Position numbers and translations under genes: made by a program
Source of the DNA: Nanobdellota archaeon
Lineage (GTDB): Archaea; Nanobdellota; Nanobdellia; Pacearchaeales; GW2011-AR1
Direction of reading: 5' to 3'
Assembly: GCA_022561055.1 (NCBI GenBank)
Contig: JADFRY010000001.1
Span: forward strand, 57,025 to 121,024
DNA: 64,000 nucleotides
In this document: one piece after another, positions 1 to 9,354 of the stretch
Layout: the number at the start of each line of letters is the position of its first letter
How positions within the stretch are numbered: the stretch's first letter is position 1
Notes under the pieces: model-generated
Database searches by the model: none
What the model saw: only the letters and a program-made list of their open reading frames with translations
What the model was told of the DNA's origin: nothing

Positions 1-1022
1 ATTTTAGGGTGCTCTATTTTTTTGGATAAAAGACGGTTGAGAAATAAGAGTGCTTTTTTGAATTCTTCTGATTTTACTAAGACTTGAACGCCTTTACTCT
101 TTTTTTCTTCTGCTTGTTTTACAATTCCTTGGAGATATTCTTTTAATCCAGAGAGGGTTTGGGTTTCCAGGAGTTCTATGGCATGAGAGATTTTAATTGC
201 TTGAGCGCAGAGAGACATTCCTGCGAGAACGTTAAAGTTTCTTTGAGATGCTCGGGCCGCTAGTTTTCCTTGGAGTTGGAGAAGAGTTATTTTATTTGCG
301 GGGCCGAAAAGGAGTTTTCTAGATTTTAGTTGCTCTACTTTTTTGTTGAAGATTGTTTTCAGTAATTCACGGATCTCCATAAATTCAGGAGGGAAAGGAA
401 CTTCTATTTTGTTAAACTCTAGGTTTTGAAGATAGGGTTTTACGTCTTTAGAATCTCGAGAACGGATTTCGACTTCTTCTATTGCGAGGTTTTTACAAAT
501 TTGTTTTACTTTATCTTCCTCAGAGCCAGGAGATGCAGTAAGTCCGAGGATTCTTTGTAGTTCTGGTGGTGTTTGTTGTTTATAGAAAGAAACTACTTTT
601 GTGTAATCATAATTTTTTATGCATCTATGTGCTTCATCGATAACTAGAAGAGAGACGTCCTTTGTGTCATATAGATAATTTTTAAGGTCATTAGCTATAC
701 ATTGTGGTGTAGAGAAGATTACTTCTGCTGTTTGCCATATTTTTTGGCGTTGTTTTGGGGGAACTGCGCCGGTGAAAAGCTGGAGGTCTGCGAATAGCTC
801 TGGGAGTTGTTCTTTGAAACTTTGAAAGTGTTGTTCGACTAAAGGTTTTGTTGGAGCTAAAATTAAAATTTTAGAACCTGGATATTTCTTTAGACGTTCT
901 ATTGTTAACAATAATGCAATGAGAGTTTTACCTATTCCTGTTGGTAAGACCACGAGGGTGTTTTTATCTTTTGCTGTTTCGAAGATAGCTTTCTGATAAT
1001 CTCTCGGCTTGATGTTTAACAT
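1..1022 (-). CDS. hef: Hef/ERCC4-like SF2 DEAH helicase, N-terminal part (runs off window)
   Basis: Manual translation from ATG 1022: MLNIKPRDYQKAIFETAKDKNTLVVLPTGIGKT (Q-motif, Walker A), then LAPTKPLVEQH, IDEAHR, GLTASPGS; absent from ORF track because truncated. Confidence 0.9.
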   Translation of the reverse strand, partial: MLNIKPRDYQKAIFETAKDKNTLVVLPTGIGKTLIALLLTIERLKKYPGSKILILAPTKPLVEQHFQSFKEQLPELFADLQLFTGAVPPKQRQKIWQTAEVIFSTPQCIANDLKNYLYDTKDVSLLVIDEAHRCIKNYDYTKVVSFYKQQTPPELQRILGLTASPGSEEDKVKQICKNLAIEEVEIRSRDSKDVKPYLQNLEFNKIEVPFPPEFMEIRELLKTIFNKKVEQLKSRKLLFGPANKITLLQLQGKLAARASQRNFNVLAGMSLCAQAIKISHAIELLETQTLSGLKEYLQGIVKQAEEKKSKGVQVLVKSEEFKKALLFLNRLLSKKIEHPK

Positions 1023-1112
1023 TATTATGTGAGAAGATTGATGGATAAAAGGTTTTGGGTTGTGATATTTTTTATAGATCATGTTTATAAACTAATTACT
1101 TAATGAATTATT

Positions 1113-1457
1113 ATGGTCAGAAATATTCCTAATATAGACGAAGCTGCCGCGTGCATCATAGCTATGAAAATGAGGGAGCGAGCTATTCCCGATAGAGATT
1201 ATCCAGAAGAATATGGATATGCCGCCGCTATTCTTACTGGTGCTATGGAAAGTAATCATGACGATCCTCTTACGGAAGCAAAAAGAATCCTTCCTGAAAG
1301 AGCTAAAGTTTATTGTAGTTTACTCAAGAGACCATTCAATCCTAAACTTTGTAATAGGATGAGTAGATATATAGAAGACTTTGCTAGGCACCTTTTCTTA
1401 GAATTAGGAAGAACTGATTTATTACAACGATATAAATTAATTGATCCTGACAGTTAA
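1113..1457 (+). CDS. hypothetical protein (114 aa)
   Basis: ORF with TTTATAAA box about 25 bp upstream; no recognisable motif. Confidence 0.6.
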   Translation: MVRNIPNIDEAAACIIAMKMRERAIPDRDYPEEYGYAAAILTGAMESNHDDPLTEAKRILPERAKVYCSLLKRPFNPKLCNRMSRYIEDFARHLFLELGRTDLLQRYKLIDPDS

Positions 1458-2104
1458 ACTAACAATAAAGCATACCCTACAAAAATTAAGGTTATTATTG
1501 CAAGAGTTGTCCATAAAATACGAGAGCCGAAGAATATTTGAGTTCCGTCTAGTTTTGAGAGTGGGATAAGATTCCAGAAAGCGTAGTAAGCCGCGAATCT
1601 TGACAATGGAGATATGCCAGGAATCCAGTAAGCTATGAATGAAACTATTAGGACAGCAACAATTCCTGCTGCGCCGACAAGAGCATTATGCCATTCAGTC
1701 ATTTCTGTGAAACTGTAAAAACCATGTCTTTTCGCAGCTCTTCTTTTCAAGACGGTTGTTTCGTAAGTCAAGATAGTCATGACTTTTATAGCGCCAATAG
1801 AAAATGCGGTAATGACTAATGGAAGTATAATTCCTAAAGGAATTGGTTTTTCTATATGCCATCCTGGTTTTAGACCAAAGCGAGACCAAAGCAATATTTT
1901 ATGTTCTACTCCTGCATCTAAATGGCTGGCCATTATTCTTTTTCCAAATATATTTGCTGTTATTATAACGAAGGCAAATAACAAAGCCAAACCAATTTTT
2001 ATGATGTTAAAATTAATAATTGAATTAAATCCGACAATGATTGCCAATATAAAAATTGCCAAGATTATATGAAGGATTTCAGATTGTTTCATTTTCGAGT
2101 TCAA
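1454..2104 (-). CDS. M50/site-2-protease-like membrane protein lacking HExxH
   Basis: Multi-TM; AAG and WNLIPLSKLDG (NxxPxxxLDG) motifs of M50; HExxH position reads ANIFGKR. Confidence 0.7.
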   Translation of the reverse strand: MNSKMKQSEILHIILAIFILAIIVGFNSIINFNIIKIGLALLFAFVIITANIFGKRIMASHLDAGVEHKILLWSRFGLKPGWHIEKPIPLGIILPLVITAFSIGAIKVMTILTYETTVLKRRAAKRHGFYSFTEMTEWHNALVGAAGIVAVLIVSFIAYWIPGISPLSRFAAYYAFWNLIPLSKLDGTQIFFGSRILWTTLAIITLIFVGYALLLV

Positions 2105-2156
2105 GAGACTAGAATTATATAAAGATTGTTATGGGTAGAAGTAATGTTTATTAATA

Positions 2157-2405
2157 TGTCAAGAATTGCTTTTTGTGTAAACTCCCTACTTTAGTTCCTG
2201 AGAGAATAAAAGCAATTCTTGAGCATGCTCAAGACACCAAGAATTCTGAAAATTGAATTCTTGGATGCGCTCAAGAATCTTTGATTCTTGACGACCAAAC
2301 ACGCCACCTATGTCAAGAATGCTCTAAAGATTTTGCATTCTTGAACACTATCAAGAATCTGAACATGTAAAGATTCTTGAAGCTTTAGTGGGGGGGTTCT
2401 TGACA
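2157..2405. repeat. multi-hairpin palindromic element nested in an IS200/IS605-like end hairpin
   Basis: Stems CCAAGAATTC/GAATTCTTGG (2237-2264), TCAAGAATC/GATTCTTGA (2271-2291), TCAAGAATGC/GCATTCTTGA (2313-2344), TCAAGAATCT/AGATTCTTGA (2351-2380); palindrome TCTTGAGCATGCTCAAGA (2217-2234); outer TGTCAAGAA/TTCTTGACA; direct repeat CTTTAGT 2189-2195 and 2383-2389. Confidence 0.85.
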
Positions 2406-2447
2406 ATTAAAATTAATAGTTATAATAGGTTTGGCTATTTGTCAAAT

Positions 2448-2491
2448 AAAACTCATTTTTTCAGGTAACCTCATTTTTCAACATGAGTTTT
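2448..2491 (+). promoter_or_regulatory. candidate operator upstream of PRC-barrel gene
   Basis: Inverted repeat AAAACTCAT...ATGAGTTTT enclosing a second CTCATTTTT copy, just upstream of a TATAAATA box near 2506. Confidence 0.4.
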
Positions 2492-2534
2492 CGATAAACG
2501 CAAAATATAAATACTGAAAGAGTGATTTTTTAAT

Positions 2535-2834
2535 ATGTTAAGAATAAAGAAGATGAGTGAGGCTGTTGGTAAACATGTTTATACTTCTGATGGTGATTAT
2601 TTTGGCCAAATTGAAGATGTGAATTTATTGGACAATAAAATTGATGGATGGAAAATTAAGCTTTCTGGAGGTTTTATGAATTTGCTTGGAGGTGCGAAAG
2701 GAGTTATCATCCCGCAGCAATTTGTCAGAGCTATTGGAGATATTTTTATTGTGAATAAAGCTTCTTTACCTTTGAGAGATGAAGCGGTTGATTTGGCTGC
2801 ACCAGAGCCCTCTGAAGGTTTTGAAACTAGTTAA
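2535..2834 (+). CDS. PRC-barrel domain protein
   Basis: GKHVYTSDGDYFGQIEDV and IIPQQFVRAIGDIFIV are PRC-barrel signatures. Confidence 0.85.
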   Translation: MLRIKKMSEAVGKHVYTSDGDYFGQIEDVNLLDNKIDGWKIKLSGGFMNLLGGAKGVIIPQQFVRAIGDIFIVNKASLPLRDEAVDLAAPEPSEGFETS

Positions 2835-2889
2835 AGCTCAGGTTTGAGTTATTAGCAAACTTTAAATAGATTATTGATTGTTTTTGATT

Positions 2890-3489
2890 ATGGCTTTAAA
2901 TGTATTAAATGTTTTTAGTGGGTTAGTGAGTTCAGTGACAGATTTGCCAATTAGGTTTATGCAAGCTGGTCCTGTTGCAGATGGAACGATTTTATCGAGT
3001 CCAATTGTTATTAATGTAATTTTACCATTTCTTTTAGTATTTACTGTCATATTTGCTCTTTTGCAAAAATCTAATATTTTAGGTGAGGGAAGAAGACAAA
3101 TCGATGCTATCGTTTCTTTAGTTATAGCATTAATTGTTGTTTCTTTTGGTTACGCTACTGGTATTATAGTTGTATTAATGCCTTTTTTAGCTGTTGCAGT
3201 TGTTATTATCCTTGTATTTTTGATTTTATATGCAATGGTTTTTCAGGGTGAGGAGTTTAAATTACATAAAGGAGTAAAAATAACTTTAGTTGTTCTTATT
3301 GCGGCTGCAGTTGTTATAGCTGTTTTGGTTTCTACAGGAGCTTGGGATTATATAGAATATGAATTCTTTTATGGCTCTGATAGTTCTGCTATTGTTACTA
3401 ATGTTATCTTTTTGATTATCATTGCTATTGCAGTTATTGCTGTGGTTGTTCCAGGAAAAAGGCGTACTACACCTTCTGAGTCTAAGTAG
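2890..3489 (+). CDS. conserved multi-pass membrane protein (paralogue of 4160..4744)
   Basis: ILPFLLVFTVIFALL motif, several TM helices; ATG 2890 preferred to TTG 2878. Confidence 0.7.
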   Translation: MALNVLNVFSGLVSSVTDLPIRFMQAGPVADGTILSSPIVINVILPFLLVFTVIFALLQKSNILGEGRRQIDAIVSLVIALIVVSFGYATGIIVVLMPFLAVAVVIILVFLILYAMVFQGEEFKLHKGVKITLVVLIAAAVVIAVLVSTGAWDYIEYEFFYGSDSSAIVTNVIFLIIIAIAVIAVVVPGKRRTTPSESK

Positions 3490-3531
3490 TTTTAGGAAAG
3501 TTTAAATAAGGTTTCTTTGCGTAGATTAGAA

Positions 3532-4125
3532 ATGGAAAAGGATATTTTTGAGAAAATATACAAGAAACATTCTAGGTTTTTGAAACATAAAAAAGTCCGC
3601 AGCAATAAGAAGTTAATTATTTGTTTTTCCGGAATTCCTGGTTCTGGAAAGACTAGTCTTGCGAAGATTTTAGAAAAAAGATACAAGGGAGTTAGGATTA
3701 ATAGTCATCGCATAGGTGAGATTATGCAAGAATTAGTAAGCAAAGGAGTTATAAATGAAAATATTGCTGGCAGGAAGCTTCAGGTTGATTATCAAATTTG
3801 GTTATTGGAAGCACATTTATTTACTAATAATTTGATTATTCTAGATAGTGGTATTGATAGGAAATATAATGAAGTGTTTGAGATTGCTAGGAGGAAAGGT
3901 TATGAGATTTTTATTATTAGATTGAATGTTTCTGAAAAAAATCTTAGGAAAAGGATTCTAATAAGAAATAAAGAAAATGCAAGAAATTATTTTAAGAGCT
4001 TTAATAAGTGGAAAAGAGAGTTTAAGGAATTTGGAAAAAAAGTTAACTCTAATATTATTTTAGAGAATGAGGGGGAAGTAGATTTAGTACTCCTTTTTAA
4101 GAAACTTGATAGACTAGCTAGGTAG
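3532..4125 (+). CDS. P-loop kinase (AAA_33-like)
   Basis: Walker A GIPGSGKT, ILD Walker-B-like, lid RILIRN. Confidence 0.8.
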   Translation: MEKDIFEKIYKKHSRFLKHKKVRSNKKLIICFSGIPGSGKTSLAKILEKRYKGVRINSHRIGEIMQELVSKGVINENIAGRKLQVDYQIWLLEAHLFTNNLIILDSGIDRKYNEVFEIARRKGYEIFIIRLNVSEKNLRKRILIRNKENARNYFKSFNKWKREFKEFGKKVNSNIILENEGEVDLVLLFKKLDRLAR

Positions 4126-4159
4126 AAACATATTTAAATAAGTTTTAGTTGGTTAAGTT

Positions 4160-4744
4160 ATGGTGTTTAATTTAGGGGATTTACCAGTTTGGTTTATGCA
4201 GTCTTATTCTTTTCAACGTGTGATGGATCAGTTGACAGATTTGGGATTATTTGATTTTATCTTGCCTTTCTTATTGATTTTTGCAGTTATTTTCGGGGTT
4301 CTTTCTTATATGAAAATGTTTGGTGATAATAGAGGAGTTAATGTGCTTATTGCTTTGGTTATTGGATTGTTAGCAGTTAGATGGCAGGTTTACACTGATT
4401 TTTTGAATATTATTTCTCCTAAATTGGGAATAGGTTTGGTTATTTTACTAATTTTAGTTATTTTGATTGGATTATTTGTTCCTAAGGGAGCAAAGGCTAC
4501 AGTAGGATGGATTCTTGTTTCAATTGGATTTATCATCTTCTTGGTTATTATGGCTCAGACTTATGAGATTTTGAGTCCAGGTTATGGTGGGGGTTTCCTT
4601 ACTGAGGATCTTGCAGGATATCTTATCCTTGTTGCTTTGTTGGTAGGAGTTGTTGTAGCCGTAGTTGTCGGCGGCGGGTCAAAATCTGGAAAGAGCACTG
4701 GAAAGAAAATAGGAAATATGCTTGAAGGGTTGTGGGAGAGATAA
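4160..4744 (+). CDS. conserved multi-pass membrane protein (paralogue of 2890..3489)
   Basis: FILPFLLIFAVIFGVL motif, several TM helices. Confidence 0.7.
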   Translation: MVFNLGDLPVWFMQSYSFQRVMDQLTDLGLFDFILPFLLIFAVIFGVLSYMKMFGDNRGVNVLIALVIGLLAVRWQVYTDFLNIISPKLGIGLVILLILVILIGLFVPKGAKATVGWILVSIGFIIFLVIMAQTYEILSPGYGGGFLTEDLAGYLILVALLVGVVVAVVVGGGSKSGKSTGKKIGNMLEGLWER

Positions 4745-4821
4745 TTATTTGTTATTATTAGTTTTGCAGTGTTGGTTAGTTATGGTTTAATTAAGTTTGG
4801 GAAGTAGCCTATTTTAGTGAT

Positions 4822-5667
4822 TTATTTCTTTTTCCTGGTTCTTTTTCGTGTTGGAGTTTTATGAGTTGTGTGATGTACTGGTTTATGAATTTGTCTTTTC
4901 ATTTCTGGGAGTAGTTTTGTAAATGATTTTTGAGTTTCAATTAGTTCTTTTTTCATATCTTCAATGTTTATTACATAGTCACCGACTTTTCTCAAGACAG
5001 AGGATTGAAGAGAGCCTATAATTTTTTCAATTCTTTTCAATCTTTCGTCTACAGATTCTATTTTAGATTCTACAGTTGTTTTGAAGTCAAGAACTTTTTC
5101 AAGATGTTTTCGCATGTCTGACATTTTTTCCGAGACTACTTGTTCAGAGATTTCTGTTATTGTGTCAGAGCTTATTCCTGCTGGTTGATATTCATATTCT
5201 GAATAGCCTAATTCTTGCTGAGGATAACCTGGATATTGGGGTGCATATTCTTCTGTTGGGTATTCTTGTGAAGAAGGGATAGGAGAGTATTCTGGAGTTT
5301 CTGATGTTGGTGTTGGGGTTCCCAAATATTCTTGGGTTGGTTGTTGTGGTTGAGATTGCATTATTGATTCTTGCATTCCTGGAATTTCTTTAGTGGCAGG
5401 TTTTATAGTTTGTCCGGTGGTTTGTATTTGGGTCAGTTGTTGTTTTGAGTCAGGGATTGGTATTTCTGCTTGAGGTGTTTGTTGTGCTGTGGGTGCAGGC
5501 ACTTTAGGTTCTGATGCAGGTTCTTCTACTGCAGTTTTAATTTTTGTTTGGGAGAGCGCCTCAGAAATATTTTTGTAAGGTATTCCCTTTTCTCTTAGAT
5601 TTTTTATTATTTCTTCTTCAGAGAGACCTTCCTGTTGCATTCTTTTTACTTCATCAAGCTCGCTCAT
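4822..5667 (-). CDS. hypothetical protein: N-terminal helical domain, Pro/Gln-rich linker, C-terminal coiled coil
   Basis: Composition and heptad pattern; near the pilus ATPase. Confidence 0.7.
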   Translation of the reverse strand: MSELDEVKRMQQEGLSEEEIIKNLREKGIPYKNISEALSQTKIKTAVEEPASEPKVPAPTAQQTPQAEIPIPDSKQQLTQIQTTGQTIKPATKEIPGMQESIMQSQPQQPTQEYLGTPTPTSETPEYSPIPSSQEYPTEEYAPQYPGYPQQELGYSEYEYQPAGISSDTITEISEQVVSEKMSDMRKHLEKVLDFKTTVESKIESVDERLKRIEKIIGSLQSSVLRKVGDYVINIEDMKKELIETQKSFTKLLPEMKRQIHKPVHHTTHKTPTRKRTRKKK

Positions 5668-5669
5668 TT

Positions 5670-5993
5670 TTATCTTTTTATTAATTTAAGGTTTGGTTTG
5701 AACATATCAAATTGTCTTTGTAAAATCATTAGCTCTTCTTTTCTGGCAAATTCAGAGATTTGTTCTGACATTCTTTGAATAAATTCTTTCATTTTAATAT
5801 TTTCTTCTTTTAATTTTAGTATTTCTTTTTTCATTTCTTGCATTTCTCTGAAAGTACTCTCGCGCTCTTCAACTAAGTTTTGTCCAATTAGAAGAGTTCT
5901 GTCTTTCAAGAGTCTTTGCTTCTCTTCAATATCTCTCAATCTTGTGTTTGGGTCTGAGAAATATTGTTGGCTGGCAGGGTATTCTTCTGGCAT
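5670..5993 (-). CDS. small coiled-coil protein
   Basis: Likely start ATG 5993 (MPEEYP); ends 2 bp before the next gene. Confidence 0.65.
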   Translation of the reverse strand: MPEEYPASQQYFSDPNTRLRDIEEKQRLLKDRTLLIGQNLVEERESTFREMQEMKKEILKLKEENIKMKEFIQRMSEQISEFARKEELMILQRQFDMFKPNLKLIKR

Positions 5994-6086
5994 GGTTATC
6001 ATAGGTGAAAGGAGTTTATAAGATTTCCGAGAAAATCTTAAGCCTTCACTTGTAGAGGACAAGCTTCAGGTTAAAATAGTTTTGTA

Positions 6087-6893
6087 TTACTTGTAGTTTG
6101 TTTTCTTTTTAAATAAATATTCTACGAAGAAGTAAAAAGAAAAAATTCCAAAGCCAAAGGGGATATATCCTAAATAACCGAATAAAGGCATTTCAAAAAT
6201 ATGAAGAAAGTTAATAAACGGTATAGTATAAATCCATTTCACACTAGCCCAAAAATTCCAAAATTCCCATAGAAAGCCAAGAGTGAGGGATGAGATAATA
6301 AGATAAATTATAGATTTTTGTCTTGTTTTTAACATATAAATTATACTCGGTTGTTTATTAGCATAATTTATCGGGTCAAGAATAAAAAACATAAAAATCC
6401 ATATTAAAGGAAAAAAGTATTTTGGCCATATTAGAGGTAATATAAACATTAATGTGCCAAGAATAATAAAGATAAGAAATGTATTTTTAGTTATTTTATC
6501 TTTCGGCGTAGCTTTTTTAAAATTGATATTGAATAATTTGAGTGTCACAAAAAATGCAGGAATAACTGTTGCGAAAGAGATAAATGCGAACAAATCTCCG
6601 TAAGGACCGAAAAATTCTGTTCCGATATAATGCCAATTATTTACTCTAAGATTAACATATTCAAAGATTTTCCAAAACGGAGCAGAAATAATAAACATTC
6701 CAATTAACATCGGCAGATTATTTTTAATAAGGGATTTTCCTTTTATTTTATAAGCCAGAGAATCTATAAATAAAATATATCCAAGCCAAATAATAGGAAA
6801 ATAGAATTTTTCAAATGGCTGTATTTTTAGAAAAAAATTTACTTCGGAGAATATTATTAATAATAATCCAATTATTCCATAGATTTGTATCAT
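6087..6893 (-). CDS. integral membrane protein with duplicated E...WxY modules
   Basis: FEYVNLRVNNWHY and WEFWNFWASVKWIY...FEMPLFGYLGY; about 8 TM. Confidence 0.7.
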   Translation of the reverse strand: MIQIYGIIGLLLIIFSEVNFFLKIQPFEKFYFPIIWLGYILFIDSLAYKIKGKSLIKNNLPMLIGMFIISAPFWKIFEYVNLRVNNWHYIGTEFFGPYGDLFAFISFATVIPAFFVTLKLFNINFKKATPKDKITKNTFLIFIILGTLMFILPLIWPKYFFPLIWIFMFFILDPINYANKQPSIIYMLKTRQKSIIYLIISSLTLGFLWEFWNFWASVKWIYTIPFINFLHIFEMPLFGYLGYIPFGFGIFSFYFFVEYLFKKKTNYK

Positions 6894-7013
6894 ATAATGG
6901 AACGGACTGTTATGCTTTAAATATCATGAGTTTGGCAATGTCAAGGCGTTTCGCGATAATAGAAATTTATTTAATCTTAATTTGTGGTTTATATTCAACT
7001 AAAAGAGGAAAAA

Positions 7014-9293
7014 ATGATTTTTCAGATGAATTCCCCGCTTTATGCTGTCGAAGTAGAAAGAAAAGAAGGTGAGAATCTAATGTATGTTAATTTTTTAGGA
7101 GCTTCCTTTACACCTTCTATTGCTGATTTTCCAGAAGTAATGGCGAGAACAATAGATTTATTAATTGAAAATCCAAATGTTTCTAGGATTATTTTTGTTC
7201 AACAAAGAAATTATCATTATCCCTTTGAGCAAGTTTCTATTTTGAGTGATATTGCACAACTCTATAATTTCTTAATGCGGCAGGAAAGAGTTTTATCAAC
7301 TGAGAAATTAAGTTTGTTAGCTAATGTCAGTGTCGCGCACGGTGAATTAAGTTATTTGATGACCTTATTAAGGCAAGACCCTGTTGCATGTTATCTTGAA
7401 CTAAACAAGAAAATTAAGGGATATGAAGAAGACATAAGTTCTGGTACGGTTGTTGGCGGAGATAGTTCTAGACTCATGAATTATATTAGATTATTGAAAA
7501 GAGTTAAAGGGCTGTTGGAGAATACAAAGTTAATAAAATCTGTTTTAGATGTTATAGATACTTATAGTGCTGGCGATAGGACAGTTTATAAGTCTATTTT
7601 TAGACCAGACATTTTGCCCAATTTTACTTTCACTAGGTTAGTTGCGCAACTGCCGGAGAATGCAGAGTTAATCGACCAATATAAAATTGAGGCGGACAAC
7701 GAGAGCATTACTGTTACAATTCTGAAGAGAAAGGATGATTCAAGATATCTTTATCATATCATGCCGCCGGAATATTCTCTGAACGAAGAGCACCACATGT
7801 TACTGAATTTAGGAAGAAATGTTTTACTCGAGCATGAGCCAAAAGCAGAGGAGTTTACTGACCCAGAAAGAATAAGAGAGGTTTTTTTTAATGTTACTAG
7901 GGATTTATTAAATGAGCTTGCACAAAGTAAAAATATACCTCTTACTTATAGGGAATTAAATAGGTTAGCTAAGATACTTGTTAGGCAGACTATTGGTTTT
8001 GGTTTGATAGAGGTTTTACTAATGGATGATAAATTGCAGGATGTTTTCTTGAATGCGCCGATAGGACAAAATCCTATTTTTGTTAAACATTCTGTTTATG
8101 ATGAGTGTGTCACAAATATTATGCCGAGTTATGAAGATGCTGATTCTTGGGCTGCTAAATTAAGGTTGCAGTCTGGCAGACCTTTGGATGAAGCAAATCC
8201 TGTTTTGGATACAGATTTGGTTTTTGGCAAAGTAAGAGCGAGAGTTGCAGCAATTCAGAGACCTTTGTCACCATATGGTATTGCTTATGCTTTGAGAAGA
8301 CACAGAGACGAGCCATGGACATTACCTTTGTTTATCGACAATAAAATGGTTAATTCTTTTACTTCTGGACTATTAAGTTTTATGATTGACGGATCCAGGA
8401 CTTTGCTTATTGCTGGAACAAGGAGTTCTGGTAAGACTTCATTATTGGGTAGCTTGATGTTGGAGATAATGCCGAAAATTAGGACTATTGTTATTGAGGA
8501 CACTCTCGAGCTTCCAGTTGATTCGTTGAGAAAGATTGGTTATAACATACAAAGAATGAAAGTTAGGAGTGCTTTGCTTGAAACGACTACAGAGGTCGAG
8601 GCTTCTGAGGGTATTAGAGCTAGTTTGCGTTTGGGAGATTCTGCCTTGATTGTTGGTGAGGTGAGAAGCTCAGAAGCAAAAGCTTTGTATGAAGCTATGC
8701 GTGTAGGAGCCTTAGCAAATGTTGTTGCAGGAACGATTCATGGTGCTTCGCCTTATGGAGTTTTCGATAGAGTTGTTAATGATTTAGGAGTGCCTATAAC
8801 GAGTTTTAAGGCGACTGATTTGATTTTAATTGCAAATCCTATAAAAACTCCTGACGGGCTTCATGAACTTAAGAGAGTTGTTCAGCTTACAGAAGTTAGG
8901 AAACAATGGACTAAAGATCCTTTAGAAGAAAAGGGGTTTGTTGATCTTTTGAAGTATAATGTTGAAAAAGACGAATTGGAGCCTACAGATGAGTTGATTA
9001 ATGGAGATTCAGAAGTGATAAAGCAAATTGCAGGCAGTGTTAAGGGGTGGGCTGGGAACTGGGATGCAGTTTATGACAACATAATTTTGAGAGGAAAAAT
9101 AAAACAAGAGATAGTTAATATATCGAGAAAATTGAAAATTCCTGAATTGATGGAAGCCAAATTTGGCTCGTTGTCTAATGATGCTTTTCATAGAATAAGT
9201 GATGAAATTACGAGGGAAGTAGGTTTGCCAATTTCTGAAAGAGTTTTTCCTGAATGGAAAAAGTGGTTTATGGTAAAAGTTAAGAAGAAGTAA
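7014..9293 (+). CDS. type II/IV secretion (TadA/CpaF/VirB11 family) pilus assembly ATPase
   Basis: Walker A GTRSSGKTS, IEDTLEL, LRLGDSALIVGEVR, GTIHG; long N-terminal extension; ATG 7014 preferred. Confidence 0.92.
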   Translation: MIFQMNSPLYAVEVERKEGENLMYVNFLGASFTPSIADFPEVMARTIDLLIENPNVSRIIFVQQRNYHYPFEQVSILSDIAQLYNFLMRQERVLSTEKLSLLANVSVAHGELSYLMTLLRQDPVACYLELNKKIKGYEEDISSGTVVGGDSSRLMNYIRLLKRVKGLLENTKLIKSVLDVIDTYSAGDRTVYKSIFRPDILPNFTFTRLVAQLPENAELIDQYKIEADNESITVTILKRKDDSRYLYHIMPPEYSLNEEHHMLLNLGRNVLLEHEPKAEEFTDPERIREVFFNVTRDLLNELAQSKNIPLTYRELNRLAKILVRQTIGFGLIEVLLMDDKLQDVFLNAPIGQNPIFVKHSVYDECVTNIMPSYEDADSWAAKLRLQSGRPLDEANPVLDTDLVFGKVRARVAAIQRPLSPYGIAYALRRHRDEPWTLPLFIDNKMVNSFTSGLLSFMIDGSRTLLIAGTRSSGKTSLLGSLMLEIMPKIRTIVIEDTLELPVDSLRKIGYNIQRMKVRSALLETTTEVEASEGIRASLRLGDSALIVGEVRSSEAKALYEAMRVGALANVVAGTIHGASPYGVFDRVVNDLGVPITSFKATDLILIANPIKTPDGLHELKRVVQLTEVRKQWTKDPLEEKGFVDLLKYNVEKDELEPTDELINGDSEVIKQIAGSVKGWAGNWDAVYDNIILRGKIKQEIVNISRKLKIPELMEAKFGSLSNDAFHRISDEITREVGLPISERVFPEWKKWFMVKVKKK

Positions 9294-9354
9294 TTTTTAT
9301 ACAGAGAATTGAAAACAATTATTTAATTTAACAATCATATTTAAAACTTTTTTA

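Noticed and set aside
2180-2400. SRP RNA or RNase P RNA
   Set aside because: No helix-8 or P4 consensus seen; AT-rich repetitive stems.
2157-2405. CRISPR array
   Set aside because: Units are inverted stems with variable loops and irregular spacing; no constant direct repeat with spacers and no cas genes.
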